The notes under the pieces were generated by a model. The model was not told where the DNA came from. It was given only the letters and a program-made list of their open reading frames with translations, and did not search any database. 64,000 nt of DNA from Octopus sinensis (taxonomy: Eukaryota), in NCBI RefSeq assembly GCF_006345805.1, contig NC_043005.1, forward strand, positions 6,386,001 through 6,450,000, written 5' to 3'. Position 1 is the stretch's first letter; each line of letters starts with the position of its first letter. A program made the translations under genes and the position numbers. Below are positions 39,981 to 53,232 of the stretch, in pieces.

Positions 39981-41117
39981 GGAAGTGAAATTTTTTTCTT
40001 ATGATGAAAGTGCAACGAAATAAAGAAAAAGTACGGTGAAGGTATCGTTTAGAAAGTAGAGAGATGAAAGAGCGAGGGAGGAATCGAGTGGCGAAGAAAT
40101 GAAACAGAAAAGGCAAAAACGAAAGAACGAAATGAAGAGAGAAAAATGGTAAGAACTAAAGAGAAGAAAAGAAAACAAAAAGAATATAGAGAGTGGACGA
40201 AACTTAAACACATAAGGTGTTAAATTTCTTTGTCCCATTTGCCCGTCCTAACTCATAATCTAATCCCGCTATCTACCACGATTCTTTAGCGATAACCATT
40301 CTACACATTTTTGCTCTTCCTAAATAAATTATATAAACAATAATAAGTTAAAATGAGATGAAGCAAACACTATGATGGACAGAGAGAAGAAGAAAAAAAG
40401 ACACGATACACTATAAATACATATATATATATTTATAGTATGAAACATCAGATATATTTTATTATATTATATTATATATATATTTTCTGTATAATTGTAG
40501 CTGGCCAGAGGTTTGTGTGTGTGTGTGTGTGTATTTCTGCTAAAACAGAGAAACCATGAAATACATTATCAACGAACGGTAGCCGACCAAAGTTTTTCGA
40601 TTTGTTTCTCTCAGCAAAAGGACAAACAGAGGTGTGTGAAGGGTAAAAGAGTGAGGCCGTCTGTTGCCGTTTCTCTTTTTATTTAGTAAAAGCTTCTGCC
40701 GCCGCCAACTTCTTTTGCCGCTGCTACTGTGGAGGATGGCGTTAGCGTTGGGGGTCGGTTTAGGCGCTAGTGTTAGTGGTGGCGTTGGTGTTGAGCTTGG
40801 TAACTGTGTTTCGTGTGGTCTTTTAGTGAGACCGGAGGGTGATGGTGGCATCTTTCTTTGCTTATTACCTTCAATTTTATACACTCGTTTATACACATAC
40901 GTTTCACTAGTTTTTGTCACAGACACACACAAACACAGACATGCATTCACACACAAACACATGAAGACTTTTTATTCGAATGAATCGAATACAGCATTTA
41001 ATTTTTTTTTTTGAAGCCTGGTACTTTATCGGTTTTTTTTTGCCGAAGTGCTATGCTACCAGGACGTAAACACATCTATGCCGGTTGTCAGACGGTGATG
41101 GGGACAAAACACACACA

Positions 41118-41663
41118 ACATACATACATACATACATACATACATACATACATACATGCATACATACACACATACACACATACATACATACATACATACA
41201 AACATACATACACACATACATACATACATACATACATACATACATACATACATACATACATACATACATACATACACACATACACACATACACACATACA
41301 TACACACATACATACATACACAACCTACACACATAAATACATACATACACACATACATACATACATACATGCATGCATACATACTACATACAAACATACA
41401 TACAAACATACATACATACACACATACATACACACATACATCACCACATACATACACACATACATACACACATACATACATACATACAAAACATACACTA
41501 ATACATACATACATACAACATACATACATACATACATACAACATACAAACATACATACACACATACATACATAATACATACATACATACATACATACATA
41601 CACACACATACATACACACATACATACATACAAACATACATACACACATACAACATACATACA

Positions 41664-41697
<34 letters not shown>

Positions 41698-41893
41698 CAT
41701 ACACACATACATACGTACAAACATACATACATACATACATACATACATACACACATACATACATACATACATACATACATACATACATACATACATACAT
41801 ACACACACACATACATACGTACAAACATACATACATACATACATACATACATACAAACATACATACACACATACATGTGTGTGTGTGTACATA
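41118..41893. repeat. (CATA)n microsatellite
   Basis: Direct. Confidence 0.98.
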
Positions 41894-42281
41894 CATACAC
41901 GCGACAGGCTTCTTTCAGTATCTGTCGACAAAATCCACTGAAAGCTTTGGTCACAGTGGGACTGAACTCGGAACCCTGTGGTTGGGAAACAAACTTCTTA
42001 CCACACCAACGTGTAAGACTCCACCATTTGGCCAGGCGGGATCACTTCGAGCTGGCACCGAAGTCGTCCATCATCACAGGCATCAATTATACCGATTGGA
42101 TTCTGTTGCTAGGTAGTTCCCTTTTCCGATTATTTACCCAAAAAGTCCAATTCCTCGGTGAACCCTTGATGCTGATTAGGAATAATAAAGGATAATAATG
42201 AAGTGTTAAATTTGCGAACCTTTCATTTGTCTGTTGTGTATGTGTGTGTGTGTGTGGTGTGTGTGTGTGTGTGGGTGTTGT

Positions 42282-42312
<31 letters not shown>

Positions 42313-42347
42313 GTATGTAGTATGTGTGTATGTATGTTATAATATAC

Positions 42348-42451
<104 letters not shown>

Positions 42452-42682
42452 TGTACTTGCATAGCAAGTGAGCTGATCTGAGATGGTGTGCTGGAACGAA
42501 AACAATTGCAGCGTGGAAGGTGTTTATAAGCCATTTATGAAACACACAAAATCCGTTCGATTCACTTCAACATTTAAATTTAATTTGTCAAAATATTTTC
42601 GTCGCTTTAAGACCGCGACCTGTTCACTGACAAAGCTTCATGCTGCATCTGAGAAAGTAACAGTTAGTTCATGATATATATG
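42452..42682 (-). mobile_element. Short microsatellite-flanked element, probable Penelope pseudo-LTR
   Basis: Contains a hammerhead fold followed by ATTAAA; bounded by (GA)n and (AT)n/(TATG)n tracts. Confidence 0.5.
42584..42634 (-). ncRNA. Minimal type I hammerhead ribozyme (G3:C8 variant)
   Basis: UUUGUCA-GUGAACA-G-GUCGC-GGUCUUAAA-GCGAC-GAA-AAUAUU-U-UGACAAA: 7-bp stem I, 5-bp stem II, GAAA, self-complementary stem III. Confidence 0.7.
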
Positions 42683-42737
42683 TACGTATATATGTGTGTG
42701 TGTGTGGTGTATGTATGTATGTATGTATGTATGTATG

Positions 42738-42771
<34 letters not shown>

Positions 42772-42966
42772 TGTATGTGTGTATGTATGTATGTATGTTT
42801 GTATGTATGTTTGTATGTATGTATGCATGCATGCATGCATGTATGTATGTATGTATGTATTATGTATGTATGTATGTATATATATGTGCGCATGCATATT
42901 TGTATGTACTTATGTACTTACGTATATATATATATACACATACACACACACATATATATGTGTGTG

Positions 42967-43002
<36 letters not shown>

Positions 43003-43309
43003 TACACAGAGATCTAAATCATCTACATGCTCGAATCAAGTGGTCCTGGTTCATTTTGGACATTACTCTGACTATGGTATCTTTCACACAATCTTTGGTG
43101 TTATGGGCGTGTTCATTGACCTCTCTCTCTCTCAACAACACTCCACATATAATAGTCCAATGGATTAACATCTGGGGAATGAAGAGGCCAAATGTTAAGG
43201 GTTATGTGACCATGAAAATTTTCAGCCACCTATTCCTGTGTTACTAGAGCCAAGTGTGATAGTGAAGAGTTTTAACAAAACACATATGGCCTTCTATTGC
43301 ATACTCTGT

Positions 43310-44093
43310 CTATCCAAGGCTTAACAAATATTTCCAGGACCTCGATGTAGGTGGCAGAGTTAACGCTAAGGCCTTGTGGAAGGCAGTAAGGAGGCATCAC
43401 ATCTCCTTCGTTGCTGACAACGCCTAAAACTATGAAAGTTGCAGGAAATTTTGTTCGCGTAACACTTGGACCTTCAGAAGGGCCTGCACATAACCATCTG
43501 TCATTTCTTCTGTTAACTTTTTGATTTTGATCGAAGTTTTTCTCGTTTCAGAAAAACCCGAATCAAATCTTCTTCTGCTGGGTTTTTCAGTTTGCTTGAG
43601 AGCCTTTTAGATCTGATGTGATTTTCTTTTGCTTTTTCTGACAAATTGACCTTTCCTCATCATATAAGACTTATATCTGATGTCTTCGTAGACAACATTT
43701 CTGACTGTTCCTTCTGACACATGAAGATCTTTTGCTATTGGCCTCATGGACTTTCTGGGATTCTAATCAATGGTCTGGCGAACTTGTTGGATAAATTCAA
43801 GTGTTCTGATGATTTCAGAGCATTTAGAATGCTTTTTATGCTTTGATACTGGTGATACGTTTCTATCCTCATTCTCTAGCTCCTTACAAACTCTTTAGAC
43901 GAAATATCTGGCAACTTTTAAAAGTCGAGATTCTTCTAAATCGCTGTGCTCAGCCTTTATAACTACGATAACAGCATGCTTCTTCATTTCTTGAGTAAGC
44001 TGAGCATCTGCCATTTTTATTGTCTGAAACAAAGATTATAGAGTTAGCAAAACATGCAGAAAAGGTATGTCCTCAAATACCTTACTCACCCTG
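43310..44093 (-). pseudogene. Tc1/mariner transposase remnant, maT/DD37D-like, 3'-truncated
   Basis: TA|CAGGGTGAGT terminus at 44093; ATG at 44014. Translation includes NPRKSMRPIAKDLHVSEGTVR, EKNFDQNQKVNRRNDRWL, TKFPA and GVVSNEGDVMPP...GLSVN...YIEVL. Internal stops. Confidence 0.75.
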
Positions 44094-44199
44094 TACATGT
44101 GTGTGTGTGTGTGTGTGTGTATACTTAGATACTTAGACAGGTTTCGCCCACACTGGTCCGGGCCATAGCTAACTTAATAGCACCACCTGGAAAAGTCAT

Positions 44200-44505
44200 T
44201 TAGTAATGTATTTTTGTATATTGCCCAATCGATTAAAGAGTTGTTGTTTGCAGCGGTATATCCGGGTGTAGGTGGTTTGTCTGGAATTTGTTGGAGATAT
44301 TCATCCAAGAACTTTATGAAGGTTATGAAATCTTTTTCCTCGTTTATGTTTCGGAATGACGTTAAAAAGAGCAGGTCCAGTTGAGGAGAAGTAGTTCTGT
44401 GTTAGTGTTGTGATGTGCTGAGAGCACGATTTCTGTTGAGGACGCATGGCACGGGGACCAAGGCTTGGGTGGATTTTAAAAATGATACCCATATCATTTT
44501 AATTT
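44200..44505 (-). mobile_element. CR1/L2-group LINE ORF2 C-terminal fragment
   Basis: FSSTGPALFNVIPK...FLDEYLQQIPDKPPTPGYTAANNNSLIDW across one frameshift. Confidence 0.65.
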
Positions 44506-44731
44506 AGTTTAGGGGAAGCATTTTGCAAGTAAAACCTCCTGTTTTATTATGCCAGCTACAACCTAATGATATCAATTGGCAACCGCAGTTTTTCGAGCTT
44601 TGTCGATATATTGTAGGACAAATATTGTAATAAAAACAGTAATAAACCATGGATGGGATTTATAAATATTTTAATGCATCACTTCGCGGAAAGGCATTAA
44701 AATATCTATAAATATCATCCATTGATTATTA

Positions 44732-44808
<77 letters not shown>

Positions 44809-44892
44809 CATACATCAATACATACATACATACATACATACATACATACATACATACATACATACATACATACATCAATACATACATACATA

Positions 44893-45180
44893 TAAAGTCC
44901 TGTGTGTGTGTGTATGTGTGTGTGTTTCCTCTATGCAAGGCCAAACCGCTGGTTCAATTTGCACCAAATTTGGCTGGAAATTGAGTCGGTTTTGTTTTTT
45001 CGCTTTAAAGGTAAACGCTTTTGGAAGGCCCTTTAATTGTGATTATGAAACAAGACGTTTAAAGAAAAAGAAACTAAGTTTTCTAAATGACGAGAGGTCT
45101 TCATACGTGCACACGCTCACTCACTGTAAGATATCTTTGAATTTATCCGATAAACTTTATAAATTTTGAAGTTCAATATT
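44893..45180 (+). mobile_element. Probable Helitron-type non-autonomous 5' fragment
   Basis: TATAAAGTCC-(TG)n-...AAACCGCTGG...CACCAAATTTGG resembles the 5' organisation of such elements; no CTRR 3' end found. Confidence 0.35.
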
Positions 45181-45563
45181 CCTGTGATATTAGAGATATC
45201 AACATGAGTTATTCAAATAATTATTCGTGGAATGGACCTAATAAAATTAGCAAGAGTACACTCGATATTTCATATTCAAATCTGATGTGACTATTTCTAC
45301 TTTGATAAGCAATGCGCACGTGGGCACATTGCTTATCCGGTTATCCAAACGGCAGGATCTAAGTAGGCATCTATTGCTTTGACTGCACCCTTCTGAAGAT
45401 GTGCTTTAAGCCCGAAATATGCACAGATTTTTCCACTTTCATCTCTGCATTGTTAGAAGCTTTCGTTATTTTCTTTCTCGTTTACTCGTCTACCTCTGTA
45501 CTACAATGCTTCAAACGAGCTACAATGCTTTTCTTCCACATCTATATATATATACATATACAT

Positions 45564-45607
<44 letters not shown>

Positions 45608-45676
45608 CGGGCACTTGCAACCAAGGCCTCCGGAGAAAAGGCTCACATCCACACCCCGTTAGAAACTACACTCCGT

Positions 45677-46088
45677 TAAGGCGGTGAGCTGGCAGAAACG
45701 TTAGCACGCCGGGCTTAGCGGTATTTCGTCTGTCGTTACGTTCTGAGTTCAAATTCCGCCGAGGTCGACTTTGCCTTTCATCCTTTCGGGGTCGATAAAT
45801 TAAGTACCAGTTACGCACTGGGATCGATGTAATCGACTTAATACCTATGTCTGTCCTTGTTTGTTCTCTCTGTGTTTAGCCCCTTCTGGGTAATAAAGAA
45901 ATAGGTATTTCGTCTGCCGTTGCGTTCTGAGTTCAAATTCCGCTGAGGTCGATTTTTGCCTTTCATCCTTTCGGGGTCGATAAATTAAGTACCAGTTATG
46001 CACTGGTGTCGATGTAATCGACTTAATACCTATGTCTGTCCTTGTTTGTTCTCTCTATGTTTAACCCCTTGTTAGCAATAAAGAAATA
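45677..46088 (+). mobile_element. SINE-A dimer
   Basis: Same structure as 10241-10637; 16-bp TSD AGAAACTACACTCCGT (45661-45676 and 46089-46104). Confidence 0.9.
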
Positions 46089-46619
46089 AGAAACTACACT
46101 CCGTCAGAAATTCGCGGAGTTTTTTCCTCCATCTCCAACCCCAGTCCGAACTTACATTGACCCTCCCTCAACGCTCTCATATGCCCTGCCTGTAACCATA
46201 GACTAACACATAGACATCGACATTGGACCTCGTTGCCTTCTTTTATTATTCATCTGCAATCGGCGACTGACAGTCGCCATATGCCTCTAGTTCAACTTTG
46301 CACTATACAGTCTATGACACCAACGCTACGCCAGTCCTGACGCATTTTACACCCTCACCCCCCACCTGCTGTGTGTCTCTGCAGATGCCGTAATGGCTTA
46401 GGTGTTATTTACATTTTAACTTATAACTTTTTCTCTTCAAAAAACAAAGGAAAAGAGGCTGGCTTGTTGATTTAACGTTTAAATGCTGCATGCATGTGAG
46501 CAGCCTTCCTTCAGTGTTGCATTGTTAACTGGTTCTAGTTACATATAGGCACGCACACAAACACACTGCACATGTATTACACATGTACACCATATGTGTT
46601 TGTGGGAGTGAGTGTATGC

Positions 46620-46653
<34 letters not shown>

Positions 46654-47285
46654 CTTTACTCTCTCTCGTTGCTCATACATGACCATCGTCCATCTTTCTT
46701 TTACCCACACGATCATCTTCCTTTTCTTTCAGTCTGTCTTACAGACCAGACGCATTCTTATCTGTCTCCTCTTCTATCGTTTCTCTTGTCAGAGACAATA
46801 TTCCTCCAGCGTTCGCTACCTTACCCCGTTTACCCTAATGGCCCTCCATGTTTGTTTTCGTTTGGTTTGTTGTATGTCTCCACTGTCCTGTTTTTGTTAC
46901 CATCTTTGACCCTCCACAAATCCCACATTTTATTTTGGCTTGCAGGAGCAACTGCCTTTCGAAGCCTCATATTGTTAATTTCTCGAAACGAAGAGCAGAT
47001 GGACAGCCGACAACTGATGAACGGTCATTCTTTATGTTACTTGTCTTATTTTCCATTTGTTTCTCTTGTTGTTCGCATACCCAATTTTGTCTTCGTATTT
47101 CATGTTGTTTACGTTTTGTGACACCCTGTGCCCATACATGCATATATATATATATATATATATATATACCGGAGTAAACACATAAATGTGAAACAAGGTG
47201 GAAAAAAAAGAGTACTCAAATACCAGTGGTAGAGTAATATGCTTTATTTAAAGCAACAGAAAATTCAACAAAATATATATATATA

Positions 47286-47440
47286 GGCGCAGGAGTGGCT
47301 GTGTGGTAAGTAACTTGCTAACCAACCACATGGTTCCGGGTTCATCTTGGGCAAGTGTCTTCTGCTATAGCCCCGGGCCAACCAATGCCTTGTGAGTGGA
47401 TTTGGTAGACGGAAACTGAAAGAAGCCCGTCGTATATATG

Positions 47441-47484
<44 letters not shown>

Positions 47485-47706
47485 CGTGTGTGTGTTTGTG
47501 CGTCTGTGTTTGTACCCCTAGCATTGCTTGACACCGATGCTGGTGTGTTTACGTCCCCGTCACTTAGCGGTTCGGCAAAAGAGACCGATAGAATAAGTAC
47601 TGGGCTTACAAAGAATAAATCCCGGGGTCGATTTGCTCGACTAATGGCGGTGCTCCAGCATGGCCGCAGTCAAATGACTGAAACAAGTAAAAGAGAGTAA
47701 AAGAGA
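47286..47706 (+). mobile_element. tRNA-derived SINE-B, full length, with internal (AT)n(GT)n
   Basis: GGCGCAGGAGTGGCTGTGTGG head, ...GAAACAAGTAAAAGAG tail; sits in an (AT)n tract. Confidence 0.9.
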
Positions 47707-47758
<52 letters not shown>

Positions 47759-48470
47759 AGCAGAGACCGGAGAGACAAGGCGCTGCGAACTAACACGAGA
47801 GACAGATCCTTCTTATATTCCCGTTATCGTTCAGTGACTGGTTGCGCCTTTCGGCAGCACGCCGTAAATAGATGACGGGGTGGCGGTGCTAAGCAGCGAT
47901 ATGCATAAATACAAACTTGTTATTAGTTCAAATATACTTGGGACACATTTCAACCTGTAAGAAAGCCATTCGCTGTATTTTGTCATCGAGGACATTTCTA
48001 CACACATGCATGCACACACACACACATACATACACACACACATGCATGCATATTTTAAAATTCGATGCCAAAATTCCAATAAGAAATTCTTGTTTCTGAG
48101 TTGGAAACTGAATCGTTCTCTTTTATTGAGAAGTTTTAAAAATGAAACCACAAAGAAAAACACACACACACATATATACATACATACATACATACATACA
48201 TGGGTGTTCAATGCAACCTAATACACTTAATGTAATGGGATAAAAGTATGGTCAATGAATAGCAATTGTGCTCCTAATGAAAATAAAAGTCATTAGAATT
48301 AATGACAAGTCTTTTCAAGGAAGGCAAGGGAGAGAATCCCGCAATTTACATTGATAACTAATTAAATATAGTTCGGGGTGGGAACTAGCATATTTAATAT
48401 AATGAGGTGAATATACGATTGGTGGATATGTGTGTGTATATATACATATGTGCGTGTGTGTGTGTGTATG

Positions 48471-48522
<52 letters not shown>

Positions 48523-48523
<1 letters not shown>

Positions 48524-48733
48524 TAGCAGAGATACCCGGCGTTGCTCAGAAGTGAAATGGGTTATTTGTTTATTATCATCTTTAACTTGTTTAAAACATT
48601 TGACTGTGGTGTTGCTGGAGCATTGCCTTTAGTCAAGCGAATGACCCCCAAGTACTCCTTCTGTCGGTCTCTTTTGTGAAACTGCTAATTTATGGGGACG
48701 TAAGCATACCAACATCAGTTGGCAAGCAATGTG

Positions 48734-48818
<85 letters not shown>

Positions 48819-49334
48819 ATATAAATACATAAAAGTACATGAAGTTTGGTAAAGAAAAAAGGGTGATCAAGTACATACATCCTGGCTGTTGTGACTATAA
48901 CACCTCGTTGTAAACAATGTTCCTTGTTTTTCCTTGTGGAGCATATACAAAAAGGTTTCTTTTGCTTCCTACTCTTGAGCAGCCAACATACAGTTGCCCA
49001 TGCGAGAAGCAGGGCTCTTCCAAGAGAAGACCAGCTACAGAGAGGGTTTGACCCTGAGATTTGTTAATGGATATGGCAAAACTGACACGAATGAGGAATT
49101 GCAGTCTTCTGAATGTAAATGGAATTTCTGCTCCTGATAGAGTAAGAGGAAATCTTGGAATAAAGACGTCTTCACCTTTTCCACATCCAGAGAGAATGAT
49201 CGCCTCGATAACCTGTGACATCATTTTTGTTTATTACCAGGCGTGTTCCATTGCAAAGTCTTGGTGGTTCCAGATTGCGGAGTAGCATTACAGGCAGGCA
49301 GACAAACAGATGGACAGATCGATAATACAATGGA
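48523..49334 (-). mobile_element. Mini-Helitron carrying the C-terminal part of a Pif1-family helicase
   Basis: A|TCCATTG 5' end and GCAACGCCGGGTA...CTAG|T 3' end. PVMLLRNLEPPRLCNGTRLV, INKSQGQT and CFSHGQLYVGCSRV motifs at 48895-49292. A SINE-B fragment and (GT)n are inserted at 48585-48820. Confidence 0.85.
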
Positions 49335-49904
49335 TTTCCCCACAGTTTCGGTCTAACGAATTCACTCGCAAGGGCTATAGTAGAAGACACGAGCCCAAGG
49401 TGCCGCGCAGTGGGACTGAACCCCAAATCAGGTTGCTGCAAAGCGAGCTTCTTAACCATACAGCTATGCTTGTGTCTATAATATGGGACGAGTTCCAGTC
49501 ACACCCTGTACCTTTTTACGTTCTAACGTACCCCGTTAAGTATCTAAGTACCACTCTACCTACATATTTTTTACTGATCCACTTCGTGGTCTACTTACAT
49601 GAGAACTTAACTTCAACCCCACCCCACCCAACTACACCCAGTGAGTCTCTCCTCTACCTACCTACCTGCATACCTACCTACCTACCTACCTACCTACCTA
49701 CCTACCTACCTACCTACCTACCTACCTGCCTACCTACCCGCCTACCTCCTTACCTACCTACCCAGACACTTTTTCAACCTATTTATTTATCAGCTATCTA
49801 TATATGTAACACTTCTATACAAACTACATATCTGTATTTATCGGTGTGTTAAAGATAGAGAGATAGGTAAATATACCTGTGTGTGTGTGTAAAAAAGCCC
49901 AGAA

Positions 49905-49943
<39 letters not shown>

Positions 49944-49977
49944 TAGATAGATAAATAGATAGATAGATAGATAGATT

Positions 49978-50040
<63 letters not shown>

Positions 50041-50347
50041 GGATGGGTAGACTGAGAATGAGTGATAGAGATATAGCTACATATACGTATGTAATTCTCA
50101 CCAGCTATATAAACTCAAAACTCTTTCGACCTGTAACTAGTTCGATGGGTGCCAACGCACGAGACTTTCGGCTCTCGAGTCACCCTGTTGCTTCTGCTGA
50201 ATATTAATACACACACACACACACACACACCACACACACACACATATATGTGTGTGTGTCTCTGTACGTGTGGAAGGGGGGGTAGAAGGAAAGAAAGAAA
50301 GAATGAAAGACAGAAAGAAAGAAAAATGGATAGATATGTAGATAAAC

Positions 50348-50394
<47 letters not shown>

Positions 50395-50419
50395 AGATAG
50401 AGAATGAGAGTGATAGAGA

Positions 50420-50442
50420 TAGTGATAGATACATATATGTAT

Positions 50443-50507
<65 letters not shown>

Positions 50508-50683
50508 CATATGCATCCATATACATACGTATATATCATATATATATATACATACATACATATATATATATATAAATATATATACATACATACATACATA
50601 CATACATCATACATACATACATACATATATATATATAATATATATACATACATACATACATACATACATACATACATACAACA

Positions 50684-50719
<36 letters not shown>

Positions 50720-50748
50720 TATAATAATATATATACATACATACAACA

Positions 50749-50784
<36 letters not shown>

Positions 50785-50812
50785 TATATATAATACACAC
50801 ACATACACACAC
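50420..50812. repeat. (AT)n/(CATA)n microsatellite
   Basis: Direct. Confidence 0.95.
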
Positions 50813-52241
50813 GCAGAAAAAGAGAGAGAGGTGGAGGGGAGAGAGATACCGACAAAGAGACAGACAGACAGGCAGACAGAAAGATAGAGAAAGACAGATA
50901 CAAGGGAGACCTTATTTCTGCTCTATTTCGTCCCGTCTAAGATGAACACGATGATATCAGCGTTGACGCTCCTTTGCAAAACCCCAGTCGCGTGGCGCGC
51001 TGCACGCTAAATCCCACCCTTAAAGATCCCCCCCCCCCTCCCCCACACACACAAACCCAACCCCACCCTCACCAGAAACTTAACACTAACAACAACATAA
51101 ATACCATGTCTAACATTATTAGCTCTCTTATTTCTAAGTTTCACGTCAGGGGTTTCGGGTGGCTGTACCGGGTATTTGTCTTTCGTTTGTTTTGGGGTTC
51201 GTTTTCTTTCTTCCTTTTTTGAACCAGCGGGAATCTGTGCACACGTCTTCTGTGTGTAATCACTGCATGTTCTGAGCATGCTATTCTGCCATCAACTATT
51301 TGCACATGTCCTCTCTTTGTATTCACAACCTTTGTTATTGTGTAACCACCTCTAGTTTCACTCCGTTGCAGGCTCGGTCTAGGTAGGCAGACTCCACACG
51401 AACAAAAAAAACCCTAACATATTGTATTTTATTAATGATTACGTCACATTTCTTCATACATACGCAATGTGTGTGCCGTGTCTGCATGCATTCGTCACAT
51501 ACATCACATCTCAAGGGGTATATACAATTGTATATACATGGGTATATACAATTGTTGGCTTGCTAAATATGTCTGTCTGTCTGCCTTTCTAAATATGACC
51601 TTGAAAACAAATCTTGGCTTCTCAAAATGGCGAAGAGAAATTTACCTGAATTGTACGAATTCTAATGAGTTGTACTTCTGTGTTTACCCCGCCCAACCCC
51701 CATGCAGCACGTACACACGTATATACAAGTACATATATATACACACGTATATGCATATAAATTTATACACATACAAATATATATATATAGATAAACACAT
51801 TGATGCCAATATATATATATATTATATATATATATACATACGTATAAATACATCTATTCATCTATCCGTGTGTGTGTGTATATTTACACACATACATCCA
51901 TACATATACGCGCGCATACATATAGATGCATACTAAGGGGTTGATCTTTTCTCTATACACACACACACACACACACACTCACATATATATGTATGCATAT
52001 ATTACTAATACATATCTACAATTACATCTTTTTTTTTTCAGTTATTTGACTGCGGCCATGCTGGAGCACCACTTTAGTCGAGTTAATCGTCCCTAGGACT
52101 TATTCTTTGTAAGCCTAGTGCTTATTCTATCGGTCTTACTTGCCGAACCGCTGTGTCTGTCCCCAGCATCGGTTGTCAAGCGATGTTGGGGGGACAGACA
52201 CAGACACAGACACACAAACATATACATATACATACATATAT

Positions 52242-52321
<80 letters not shown>

Positions 52322-52800
52322 TGAGAAAGGGAAAAATCGAAAATTAAAAATAACAAAACAGCCACGTCGAAAGGACGTCCACATGAAATGAATTCGGCTG
52401 ACTCTTAGCACAAGAGCGGGAAAAAGACGTTGGTGTATAACGTTTCGAACATGGCTCGAAGAGAAGGAAAAAAACAGTCCAAGAAAAGCTGGTGTGTGGT
52501 CAAATGGCTGAAGAATAAAGGTCAAGCATGATGATGAGGTGGAGGTGGAGGAATGAGTGAAGGAGAGAAGAAGAAAGCAAGATAAGAGAACTGAAGCAAA
52601 GTGAAGTGAAAGAGTCAAGGACGAATGGAAATGATTCACAATCAAAGGCACAATAACAATGTACTCCGAGGGAATTCAATGGGTCGCGTAATCCTAGGGT
52701 AGGATAATCTGGTGTAAGGAAATCCAAGAATAAGGTAATCCAAATCTTCGTCGGAAGGCGGGAAAAGCGAGCCTTCTTCTTTTGCTAAATTAGATAGATA

Positions 52801-52874
<74 letters not shown>

Positions 52875-53232
52875 TCTTGATTAACCAAAATTATTTCCAT
52901 CTCTAAAGGATGTATCACAGTAACCAAATGTTAATGAAGACCGACTCCACTTGAGAAGAAAGCGTAATCTCAAGAATCAGGAATACTAGAAAGTTAACAT
53001 GACATTGAGGAAGAAAAGACTAGGAGAAAAGAGGACAGTCGTTCACAGATCTCTGGCACAGCAACCGTGTCCAGTTCGACAATTGTCCAAAATTATACAG
53101 CAGTCAAGGGACACAAACATATACAAAGAAAGCAGAACACATTTAAGGCCCAAGTAATTTGCATAACGAGGGCAAAAACTGAGTCAAGGGAAATAACTCA
53201 GATTAGACGGTGACATGGATATGAATAATATA

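Noticed and set aside
40620-40870. Pro/Thr-rich open frame on the minus strand
   Set aside because: Low-complexity ACC/AAC-derived sequence with no clear splice sites.
41330-41700. Irregular interruptions in (CATA)n tracts (also 1-330 and 33220-33330)
   Set aside because: The single-base indel pattern is compatible with long-read consensus error, so I did not interpret it biologically.
46262-46278. GGCGACTG-A-CAGTCGCC palindrome
   Set aside because: Isolated, with no supporting context.
52340-52500. Minus-strand SFHVDVLSTWLF resembling an integrin FNVDV N-terminus
   Set aside because: No Met or usable donor; the true FNLE exon is at 38818-38993.
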